A program made the translations under genes and the position numbers. A stretch of 64,000 bases of DNA from a virus. Taxonomy: Duplodnaviria; Caudoviricetes. This document shows, piece after piece, positions 46,524 to 54,605 of the stretch (position 1 is the stretch's first letter; the number at the start of each line of letters is the position of its first letter). The stretch covers positions 224,001-288,000 of the IMG/VR virus record IMGVR_UViG_3300017716_001697. One strand, written 5' to 3'. The notes under the pieces are model-generated. The model was not told the DNA's origin and made no database searches. It was given only the letters and a program-made list of their open reading frames with translations.

Positions 46524-46772
46524 ATGATTACACATACATTACACAAAGACATTGTATATTCTGACAACAGTCGCATCCCTGTTGTAGTTGAGCCATGCCT
46601 TGTTGGCTGCGAAGTACGCGCCATGGGGCAGGAGTATCGCGTGGCGTGGGACGATATCCCAGACATGGAGAAACTGGCAACAATCTTCGAAGACAGCACA
46701 GTGCGAGTCTTCAAGGTTATCGTAGAACTGCTGGGTCATGCTTATCGCAACAAAGAGTTGTACGTCGAATGA
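46524..46772 (+). CDS. hypothetical protein
   Basis: Promoter immediately upstream (near-leaderless). Confidence 0.65.
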   Translation: MITHTLHKDIVYSDNSRIPVVVEPCLVGCEVRAMGQEYRVAWDDIPDMEKLATIFEDSTVRVFKVIVELLGHAYRNKELYVE

Positions 46773-47014
46773 AATTCATACTGGCTATCTACGCTATCCT
46801 AGGTATTGCAGGGCTGTTCACTGCACACCTAGGTGTCTCTTTGCTGTGTGTACTGTGCATGGCATTCTTCTATTGGGCTGACAAGGAGATGGATAAGCAA
46901 CCTAGGCCTCCAATGACATTGAAGAGCACATTGGATGCATTGGATGAGTATTGCTGCGAGTGTTGCAATCCTAATTCTCCAAGACAGGTTTCCTTTTCAG
47001 ATTCCAAATTCTAA
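46769..47014 (+). CDS. membrane protein
   Basis: ATGA coupling; two TM segments. Confidence 0.65.
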   Translation: MKFILAIYAILGIAGLFTAHLGVSLLCVLCMAFFYWADKEMDKQPRPPMTLKSTLDALDEYCCECCNPNSPRQVSFSDSKF

Positions 47015-47094
47015 ATTACATTCCTACGGCAGGTTCTCGGTTAGTATGCTGATCGATCGTTGACTTCTGTGCCGAGGTGTGCTATACTACGACT

Positions 47095-47274
47095 ATGGAT
47101 TATTACGCAATCGTCTTATCGCCTGAACAGAAAGAACTCGTAGTGCGAGCAGTTGAAGTCTTCTCGCAGTTAACAGTCGGGCAGACTTTTGATCAACGCG
47201 AGGACGCCCGTAAGCTGGCACCGTTGCTACACAAGATGCATCAGCACGGCACTAACGATTTAAGCAAGCAATGA
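47095..47274 (+). CDS. hypothetical protein
   Basis: Promoter TTGACT..TATACT. Confidence 0.65.
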   Translation: MDYYAIVLSPEQKELVVRAVEVFSQLTVGQTFDQREDARKLAPLLHKMHQHGTNDLSKQ

Positions 47275-47309
47275 TATACTCTACGCGGGGTTTGTGAAGG
47301 TAGGGTCAC

Positions 47310-47531
47310 TATAAATACAGAACACATTCAACGGTATGCTACCGCGCCTCCGGTCGCCGAGTAGCCGCTACGGTCGTTGAAGAGTGGCAGCAAGTCTATT
47401 ATGCGTAACATATGGTTAGTACCAGCGCCCACTAATAGCGTTGCTTTATAGATAATCTGATATGCTTTCACGCCGACGCATTGGCATGCAATCCCGACTA
47501 TCAGATTACCTTTTCAGATTAGGATCTGAAA
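47310..47531 (+). ncRNA. candidate late-promoter-driven structured ncRNA
   Basis: TATAAATA 47310 followed by no ORF; helices TTCAACG/CGTTGAA, TAATCTGATA/TATCAGATTA, TTTCAGAT/ATCTGAAA. Confidence 0.45.
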
Positions 47532-47540
47532 TTGACCTTC

Positions 47541-47735
47541 CTAGAGCCCGGTTGAATCTAAAAGACGCGACATACGCAGCATTTCCTGATTGTCTCGGGT
47601 GTTCAGGGCCCAGTTCAGCTCTGTGGCCTGCACGGTGTGCCCCATCTCGGATAGCTTCTCCCTGACCGCATGGCCCCACGCCGAGGATGGTAAATGCACA
47701 TGCGTATTGCCGTCGACTAAGTAAACTGTGACCAT
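47541..47735 (-). CDS. hypothetical protein, 64 aa
   Basis: Minus-strand RBS AACAGGAGGGTTTATG. Confidence 0.75.
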   Translation of the reverse strand: MVTVYLVDGNTHVHLPSSAWGHAVREKLSEMGHTVQATELNWALNTRDNQEMLRMSRLLDSTGL

Positions 47736-47794
47736 AAACCCTCCTGTTTCCGTGGCACAAGGGGCCTAAGCCCCTGTGTAGTGCATTGTAGCAC

Positions 47795-48217
47795 TTATTT
47801 CCAGTACAGTGTTGCCTTTTTTGCGGCTTTTGCACGAGCAACCAGCGCAGTTGCATCTTCAAAGCTCATGTTCTCTGCGACAACAGTGCCGTCTGCTTTC
47901 TTGCACACGGTAAACACTGTCTGCTCCGGCACAACAACTTCGGCAGCAGCAACAGCAGCTACCTTGGGCTTGCGTCCGCCCTTCTTGTCTTCTGCACGAC
48001 CCAAGCCTTCCAACTGTGCAGCAAGCACGGGGTCCTTCTTGGCTTCCTTGAACGCATGGTTGTAATGCGTTGCGGCTGATGCAAGGCTAATGTCAAATTC
48101 AGTCATTGCGTAGCCGATAACTTCTGCACGGAAGCGTGTGTTGCCAAGCTCTGCACGCTTTGGCATGAGAGTGACGAACTGGTGATTGACGTTAACGCGG
48201 ATGCCTTTGTCTGCCAT
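47795..48217 (-). CDS. putative DNA-binding protein, AATHYN-GLGR family
   Basis: FRAEVI...DISLASAATHYNHAFK...GLGRAEDKKGGRKP; TAAGGAG RBS; tandem minus-strand sigma70 promoters near 48255-48370. Confidence 0.88.
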   Translation of the reverse strand: MADKGIRVNVNHQFVTLMPKRAELGNTRFRAEVIGYAMTEFDISLASAATHYNHAFKEAKKDPVLAAQLEGLGRAEDKKGGRKPKVAAVAAAEVVVPEQTVFTVCKKADGTVVAENMSFEDATALVARAKAAKKATLYWK

Positions 48218-48523
48218 GATAAACTCCTTAGTGTGTTGCGGTAAGTGTATTGTACTGCGAAACAGTTCCAATGTCAACAACTTTTGCAACTTTATTTTGC
48301 TTTGTTGTTGATGTTGTAGTGTTCTGCATGTATTGATTATATGACGGAATTGTGCTCCAGTCAACAACTATTTCAACTGTTACATCTTGTTACATCTCCG
48401 ACCCTCTGTACAGTCTCGGACCTGTTAATCAGTGGCCTTGATCATGCCTTGCGAGGCTTAAAATAAAGGTAGACACAGGAACCGTTCTTCGTTATAATTA
48501 ATACATCGCAACAAGGAACTAAT

Positions 48524-48697
48524 ATGCTTACAAGGTCAGAACGCAAATCGATGGCAAGTGACATTATCTCGGCCATGCGTGACGCATATGAACAGGAAGG
48601 CGTAGAGGGGGACTTTGACGACGGATATCGCCATCTCTCGGAGGATGCCACCGACGGCGAGTTGCAAGCAGACTACGACAAGTGGTGTACAAAATAA
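48524..48697 (+). CDS. small acidic protein
   Basis: Hand-translated MLTRSERKSMASDII...EGDFDDGYRHLSEDATDGELQADYDKWCTK. Confidence 0.75.
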   Translation: MLTRSERKSMASDIISAMRDAYEQEGVEGDFDDGYRHLSEDATDGELQADYDKWCTK

Positions 48698-48754
48698 CAG
48701 TAGACAGCAGCATCCAATGCTGCTACAATAACACATCGCAACAAGGAGCACACG

Positions 48755-48952
48755 ATGGCCCGCACACCAGCAGAACGTATGGCAGAAGCAGCACGCTACA
48801 AACAGCTCACGGAGGAGGCTACAAAGCCCGCACAGCCGTCGCAGCAGCATCCTGCAGGGTACTACAGCAACCAGCGCATTACGCAGCGTAACGGTGGTGT
48901 ACGCCCTCTGTTCGTACGTGATATCGGCGGGTGCAGCGACAACTATCGCTGA
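48755..48952 (+). CDS. hypothetical protein
   Basis: Cassette RBS. Confidence 0.75.
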   Translation: MARTPAERMAEAARYKQLTEEATKPAQPSQQHPAGYYSNQRITQRNGGVRPLFVRDIGGCSDNYR

Positions 48953-49025
48953 GGCTTAGGCCAAATAAGTGTTGACATTCTGTTTCTTTAACGTTATAAT
49001 AAACACATAGCAACAAAGGAACTGT

Positions 49026-49235
49026 ATGTCACAACCGACAACTATTGCACAATTCGCAGAAGCTTGCAAGACGCTAACAAGTGATGAAGTGTTTGAATTC
49101 TTCGAATTCGAAATCAGTGATGCACTTCGCGATGAGATCTATAGCATGTCTCGCACATCTAGTCACGAACCATGTCGTGATGCACTCGAACAAATCGGTA
49201 AGCAGTTCAACGTTCAAAGTTTAATTGATTATTGA
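49026..49235 (+). CDS. acidic small protein, tandem paralogue of 49299
   Basis: FA.ACK.LTSDE....FEF.IS..LRD.IY. Confidence 0.85.
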   Translation: MSQPTTIAQFAEACKTLTSDEVFEFFEFEISDALRDEIYSMSRTSSHEPCRDALEQIGKQFNVQSLIDY

Positions 49236-49298
49236 AAATAATTGTTGACACAGTGTTTCGTTGTCGTTATAATAAACACATAGCAACAAAGGAACATC

Positions 49299-49499
49299 AT
49301 GCAAACTGTACAAGATTTCGCACTAGCTTGCAAGCATCTGACAAGCGATGAGATCTACGACTTGTTCGAGTTTGATATCTCGCAGGAGTTGCGTGACACA
49401 ATCTACGCAGAAGCCGAGATTGACAGTGCAGAACCTGTGCGTGACGCATTCAACAAGATTGGCGTGCGCTACAGTGTGCAAACGCTTGCAGATTATTGA
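49299..49499 (+). CDS. acidic small protein, tandem paralogue of 49026
   Basis: Same motif and duplicated cassette. Confidence 0.85.
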   Translation: MQTVQDFALACKHLTSDEIYDLFEFDISQELRDTIYAEAEIDSAEPVRDAFNKIGVRYSVQTLADY

Positions 49500-49559
49500 A
49501 AATAATTGTAGCACAGCTTCAAAACTGTGCTATAATTGTTGCAACAGAAGGAGTATACA

Positions 49560-49838
49560 ATGGCTAGCATCACAAAGGTAGACAAGTTGCGCATTGCAAC
49601 AGCGCTCAATAGCGAATTGATTGCGTTCGTTAATGACGGCGTGACGGCTGGTGACGGTGCACGCATTACCGTCACCAGCAATAAACTACAGCATCCTCGT
49701 GTAGATAAGAGCTGGGCGCGCAGTGCACTCGAGAGCCGGGCACTCGAACGCATCACAACTATCCGGCAGATATATGGAAGTTCTGGCGGCACCAAGCTAG
49801 GCCCGCGCCCGAAACTGCGAGATTACGTATCAAAATAA
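49560..49838 (+). CDS. hypothetical protein
   Basis: AAGGAG RBS. Confidence 0.75.
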   Translation: MASITKVDKLRIATALNSELIAFVNDGVTAGDGARITVTSNKLQHPRVDKSWARSALESRALERITTIRQIYGSSGGTKLGPRPKLRDYVSK

Positions 49839-49884
49839 GATGTAACAGTGGTTGCATTAAGTTGAAATCACTGTTACAATAACT

Positions 49885-50242
49885 ACATAGCAAATTAACA
49901 AGGACACTTGTTTCTAATTCTACAGCTAGTTCCGCATCGTTTTGGGGCTGTTCAAATAATGAAAACTATGCAAGCAGGGTACTGCCGATAGTGTAGCACG
50001 TTACTGGTGCTGATGCTATCGAGAGTGCGCTGGAGTAGGTGAAGGCCTACTGTAACATCGGCCATAGAAGAGACCGTGTTACATTGACAAATCGTGGTCG
50101 CCAGCAAACTCTCCATGTAAGTGCTGTGCGCTTTGTGGGGCATGCGGATAGTGGAGAAAGCGAGTAAGGGCTGCATTAACTTTTGTCTGCCTGAGGACTA
50201 CGCTAAAGCCACCTAGCAAAAAGATCGGTGCCCCACTTTTTT
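49885..50242 (+). ncRNA. candidate early-promoter-driven structured ncRNA (about 350 nt)
   Basis: Cassette promoter (TACAAT 49875) with no ORF; nested helices; GTGGGGCA(50135-42)/TGCCCCAC(50229-36) then T6. Confidence 0.5.
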
Positions 50243-50254
50243 ATTGAGGATAAG

Positions 50255-50473
50255 ATGGCTACGTATTCTTGCAAATGCTGTAAAGAACCCTTTGAAGCAC
50301 GTGAGGCTGATCGCAAACGCGGCTGGGCAAAGTTCTGCAGCAAGTCCTGCAAAGCAAAGAAACAGGAAGCACGTACCGGGCAGTATAAGGCATACCTCGA
50401 ACGGAAAGATACCGACTTTGACGTCGATGCCTACCACGCCGAGGATCCTGGATGGGATGCCCACAAGTTTTAG
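50255..50473 (+). CDS. Zn-finger protein
   Basis: CKCC..PF.AR.AD.KRGW.KFCSKSCKA. Confidence 0.85.
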   Translation: MATYSCKCCKEPFEAREADRKRGWAKFCSKSCKAKKQEARTGQYKAYLERKDTDFDVDAYHAEDPGWDAHKF

Positions 50474-50528
50474 TTGACATCAGCTTCCATCTGCGCTATA
50501 ATAAACACATAGCAACAAAGGATACAGA

Positions 50529-50831
50529 ATGAATTGGTTACCAGCCAAAGGCGAATTGTTTTATGTGCGTCACAAGCCACGTAAGATGCCTGTACGTGAT
50601 GTCGATGGCGAAGTGGTTGCAGCCGTGGACCACCAGGATGGCTCGTACCGCAACGATATCTTCCGCCTCAAGGGCAGCGATGACACAATGATTGTAGCAT
50701 ACTTCGCGTATGTGAGTGGAAGCACGTACGGTATGGAGAAGCCTCAGATGTTCCGACGCGATGAGTGGACAATCAGCCCTGTGGGACCCGAGGTGGCAGC
50801 AGCACTCAATCTGAAAGTGTCGGTTGACTGA
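50529..50831 (+). CDS. hypothetical protein
   Basis: Cassette. Confidence 0.8.
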   Translation: MNWLPAKGELFYVRHKPRKMPVRDVDGEVVAAVDHQDGSYRNDIFRLKGSDDTMIVAYFAYVSGSTYGMEKPQMFRRDEWTISPVGPEVAAALNLKVSVD

Positions 50832-50858
50832 TTAACCCAACTACGCTATAATAAGCAT

Positions 50859-51074
50859 ATGACAAACAAACAAAAACGCATTGTAGCATTCATTTTAATG
50901 ATTGTTACGTTGATTTGCATAGCAATCCTTAGCCTCCCGTTCTACCAGACCTTAATGATGTGTTTCGGTGGCTGGCAAGTAGGGCGATGGGCTGGCGACT
51001 GGGGTCGTGCAGCGTGGCCTGATCCTGTGCCTCAGCCTACACCGTCCGACGATGACAACACGTTCGAGGGGTAG
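50859..51074 (+). CDS. membrane protein
   Basis: Hydrophobic; promoter immediately upstream. Confidence 0.7.
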   Translation: MTNKQKRIVAFILMIVTLICIAILSLPFYQTLMMCFGGWQVGRWAGDWGRAAWPDPVPQPTPSDDDNTFEG

Positions 51075-51076
51075 TC

Positions 51077-51316
51077 ATGTTTGGTGCACAACTGCGATGC
51101 CCTACGTGCAATCAGTACAAACCTGATCGTTGCACCTGCAACAAAGACCCCTCGCTGAAGGGTGTGAAGGGCGGTAATTGCAATCGTACGGCTTGCCAGA
51201 AGCCTGGAGCACTTTGGTATAACAGTGGATCCTGGGCCTACTACTGCCGTGCATGTGCTCGTGATATCAACAAGTGCTGCCCCAAGGATGAACCGCTCTG
51301 CACAAATACTGAATAA
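51077..51316 (+). CDS. Cys-rich Zn-binding protein
   Basis: CPTC, KG..GG.CNRTACQ.PGA.WYN......YC..CA..IN. Confidence 0.85.
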   Translation: MFGAQLRCPTCNQYKPDRCTCNKDPSLKGVKGGNCNRTACQKPGALWYNSGSWAYYCRACARDINKCCPKDEPLCTNTE

Positions 51317-51376
51317 AGCTGTAGACAGGATCCATTTTCGGTGCTATAATTAACACATAGCAAACAGGAGCACAGC

Positions 51377-51556
51377 ATGGAACTTACCGAATTGCAGAAG
51401 ACACGCATAGCATACGCCCACTTCACGTTGGATGAGTGGAAGCTGATTGCGCGGTGCATTAGTCACACCCGTGCCGATTTGTATGGCACCAAGCAAGCAA
51501 TTGACCCGGATAAGTTGCGGGATATACTTGTAAAATTCCCATCAGCTGTGCTATAA
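51377..51556 (+). CDS. hypothetical protein
   Basis: Hand-translated after cassette RBS AGGAG. Confidence 0.7.
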   Translation: MELTELQKTRIAYAHFTLDEWKLIARCISHTRADLYGTKQAIDPDKLRDILVKFPSAVL

Positions 51557-51583
51557 TACAGCATAGCAACAAAGGACACTGCA

Positions 51584-51733
51584 ATGGAATTCCTAATAGG
51601 ATTGTTTATCTTCTGCATAGGGTTAGGGTTCTATACAGCCAGCATCCCAGTTGCAGCAATGGCGTTTGGCGGCGCACTAGCAGTGGTAGCGTTGTTCCAG
51701 TCCCTGCTTAACTATCTCAACAGAAGGCGTTAA
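51584..51733 (+). CDS. small two-TM membrane protein
   Basis: Hand-translated after cassette. Confidence 0.7.
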   Translation: MEFLIGLFIFCIGLGFYTASIPVAAMAFGGALAVVALFQSLLNYLNRRR

Positions 51734-51734
51734 C

Positions 51735-51923
51735 ATGCAAAAAGGTTTCACAATCATCGAGCTGCTGATCGTAATTGCCATCATTGGCATTATAGCAGCA
51801 GTTGGCGCAGCGGCAATCAACGGGCCTCAGACGCAGTGCATCGGTGGCTACATGTTCACCAAGAACGTTCGCACGCCTGTGCAAGTGATGGATGACAAGG
51901 GCCACGGCATTCCCTGCAAATAG
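51735..51923 (+). CDS. mini type IV pilin-like protein (62 aa)
   Basis: MQKG|FTIIELLIVIAIIGIIAA: prepilin-peptidase site, Phe1, Glu5, hydrophobic helix; two C-terminal Cys. Confidence 0.85.
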   Translation: MQKGFTIIELLIVIAIIGIIAAVGAAAINGPQTQCIGGYMFTKNVRTPVQVMDDKGHGIPCK

Positions 51924-52244
51924 TTGTTGACAGTTGGCAGAATCCTGCTATAATTAACACATAGCAAGCAAACACACAAAGGAGTTAGTTATGTTACTAG
52001 TCAGAGCTTATAATGAGCATTGCGACAAGGCAGCAGCAGAAGGATTCAAGCCCTTGCCCCGGTCGCGCTTTCTGGATGTGTTGTGGGCAATCTTTAAAGC
52101 ACGCAACGCCTAGTAACAACAAGCCCAACGTGACAGGCCGATTGCACGTTGATCCTCAACTCTTAAACATTCTTAATTAGTCCCTTAGCGAGGTGGGGCA
52201 ATAATGCAATAAGTCAAGCATATATAGAAACACATTTATAAGAG

Positions 52245-52266
52245 AAAGGGGCCCACATGCCCCTTT
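52245..52266 (+). terminator. probable terminator hairpin
   Basis: AAAGGGGC-CCACAT-GCCCCTTT. Confidence 0.55.
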
Positions 52267-52338
52267 CGTCACGGCAAATATCTGTTGACACTTGGTTCCT
52301 TTGGTGCTATAATTAACACATAGCAAACAGGAGTACAC

Positions 52339-52629
52339 ATGCAAGTAGATGCAATTCTAGCAGGTTTGGCAAAGGCTCGTCAACGCTTAATGTGCATCGA
52401 TGGTGCATACACAGCAGATCAAGCGCAGCACCGCCTTAGCATTATCTCCGTCATGCGGGACTACGCACTCGAGGAAGACGGTACAGGCTTCGCTAGCTTC
52501 TGTCAACGCACCCTCGCAGGAACTGATGGCGACATCATGGTCGACCTGCTAGAGGAGTTGTACGAAGAATTGGGCAAGGACCCGGAAGTTTGTATGTGGG
52601 ATGAATTTGAAATGGAATTCCTTCAATAA
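52339..52629 (+). CDS. acidic hypothetical protein
   Basis: Cassette RBS. Confidence 0.8.
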   Translation: MQVDAILAGLAKARQRLMCIDGAYTADQAQHRLSIISVMRDYALEEDGTGFASFCQRTLAGTDGDIMVDLLEELYEELGKDPEVCMWDEFEMEFLQ

Positions 52630-52682
52630 CAGTTGACAACTGCATCCAACAGTGCTATAATCATTGTAACACAAAGGCACAC

Positions 52683-52862
52683 ATGCAAACCACAAAGATC
52701 AAGAAGAAGGACCAAGAAGGAATGATTAGCTCCTTCTGGGCAATGCTCCAGGAGTTGGAGAATCAGGCAGAGAACACGCTCGACAAGCACTTCGTGGAAA
52801 AATACTACGAGCAGTGGAATCGAATCACAGGCGACAACAAGGTTGCACGTTGGAATCGATAA
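52683..52862 (+). CDS. hypothetical protein
   Basis: Hand-translated after promoter. Confidence 0.65.
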   Translation: MQTTKIKKKDQEGMISSFWAMLQELENQAENTLDKHFVEKYYEQWNRITGDNKVARWNR

Positions 52863-52904
52863 AGGCAGTTTAACAGATATTAGCGGCTAAGGCCGCTTTT
52901 ATTT

Positions 52905-53330
52905 TGGCCATATAGTTCTCGCATAAGAGCGCGATCCTTCTTATAATCGTTGCCGAGAACTATAGCCTTAGGTGTCGCGATTCGCCGCCTAAAGAATCGC
53001 CTTAACCACAGATCCTCGGAGTTAGGGCACGCACCTAGCTGATAGCGTGCAACCTTGCCGAGGCTAATTTCATGCCACAGCCGTAGGTGTATTACACAGT
53101 GTTTATGAGCTAATTTTAGCAGGTTTAGGCAAAGGTTGCGACGATTCTTTAAGACAGATTCATTAAAGTTCTCGCAACTACTATACCGACGGCTAAGGTT
53201 GCGTGCAATAACTCCGAGACTATGTCGACAAAGGTGATGACAGATTACTCAGCGATCATACAAGCCTCGGCCAGGCGGATCAAGGCCACTGATGAGTAAG
53301 TCCACGAACCGCTGAGTGTAACAAGATGTA
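52905..53330. other. non-coding palindrome-rich element (structured RNA or DNA signal)
   Basis: 11-bp, 9-bp, 8-bp and 8-bp perfect inverted repeats; no ORF. Confidence 0.55.
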
Positions 53331-53413
53331 ACAGTCTAAATATCGCTTGCCCAATGCTTCATCCTGCCATATAATTACTACATAGCAACACAATAGTAAC
53401 GCAAAGGTACACT

Positions 53414-54025
53414 ATGAAGCACATCACACAAGCAGAAGCTAACACAGCCTGCGCACTCCACGCTAACAACAACACACTGACTGTTGCACAATTGCAACAA
53501 CTGTTGGGCAACGTAAGCGTCACGTTTGCCACAATTGAATACGTTACAGCCGTGCAAACAGCGGCAGCGCACAAGGGCCAGAACATCAAGAAGGTGACGA
53601 AGGCCAATGTTATCCTGTGCAGCAACATCGCAGCGCATACAAGCGTGTACGCTAACATGGTGAAGAAGACTGCCGCTACCATTGCTGACAATGATCAAGC
53701 TGCTGTAGCTGCATTTACACCCCAAGCTAACTACTTTGAGCACACTGACTGCCACAGTATTGTGCAGCACAAGGTGCATACTGACAAGTTTTATTTGTAT
53801 GTAATTTACAACGCCGCATCCAGTATCTACTTGCACAATGGTACCCCTGTTACGAAAGTGGACATTATTCCATTCCTTACACCAAGTGGTGCACGTGACT
53901 TGATGGCTGGTACTGATGTCGTGGAAAACAAGACACATGGTATCAAGCACCGTGTCGCAGTACGCACGATTGCACTCAGCAACATCGTAAGCATCAAGGC
54001 TCGCAAGCAATTTGTAACAGTGTGA
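53414..54025 (+). CDS. hypothetical protein, 203 aa
   Basis: Cassette; long ORF. Confidence 0.85.
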   Translation: MKHITQAEANTACALHANNNTLTVAQLQQLLGNVSVTFATIEYVTAVQTAAAHKGQNIKKVTKANVILCSNIAAHTSVYANMVKKTAATIADNDQAAVAAFTPQANYFEHTDCHSIVQHKVHTDKFYLYVIYNAASSIYLHNGTPVTKVDIIPFLTPSGARDLMAGTDVVENKTHGIKHRVAVRTIALSNIVSIKARKQFVTV

Positions 54026-54233
54026 AATAGTTGTAGACAGGGTGGAAACATCCTGCTATAATTAACACATAGCAAACAGGAGCACTACATGGACCCCAAA
54101 GCAAAGTATACAGTAGAACAAGTTCAAGCAATGATGATGTTGGAAATGCATCGCATCACTTGCACATATGTCAACCTCATGGGACGCCTTGGCGTCAAGC
54201 AGCTGACATTGCATCGCTTCTGAGGAGTACAGC

Positions 54234-54428
54234 ATGATAAACGGCAGACTCAAAACATTGGAGAACCTGACTGAGCTCTTGTACTCTGAGCTCAAGGCGT
54301 GTGCTGATGATCCTGCCGTGACTGAGCAGACCTTTGCACTGCTCAAGGCGGCGGCAATTGTTACCATCGACTTGAAGCGCAAGATTGAACTGGCCCGCGG
54401 TTGGAACACACTAGGAGCAGCAAAATGA
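54234..54428 (+). CDS. hypothetical protein
   Basis: GAGGAG RBS. Confidence 0.75.
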   Translation: MINGRLKTLENLTELLYSELKACADDPAVTEQTFALLKAAAIVTIDLKRKIELARGWNTLGAAK

Positions 54429-54595
54429 AGTCGTGGAAGAGGGAGTGGGCAATAAGCCAGGTAGTGAATAACTGGCGCATCCGCAAGCGGCTTCCTCGTA
54501 TCACTGCCCTTGCTGTCAAGCGTGGATTGATTGCACTCAAAGGTGATGGCAGCTATCGCAATGCTGAGCGTGGCGACAACGATTACCGAAATTAG
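54425..54595 (+). CDS. basic hypothetical protein
   Basis: TAGGAGCAGCAAAATGAAG start, repeated at 54606. Confidence 0.7.
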   Translation: MKSWKREWAISQVVNNWRIRKRLPRITALAVKRGLIALKGDGSYRNAERGDNDYRN

Positions 54596-54605
54596 GAGCA
54601 GCAAA

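Noticed and set aside
47506-47862. 118-aa minus-strand ORF
   Set aside because: It overlaps a better ORF (47541-47735) that has a strong RBS, and its sequence is not protein-like.
53247-53317. Second hammerhead (CTGATGA at 53289)
   Set aside because: Stem II is only 2 bp, the core reads GAAC rather than GAAA, and no NUH triplet fits the ACTCAGCG/CGCTGAGT helix. At best degenerate.
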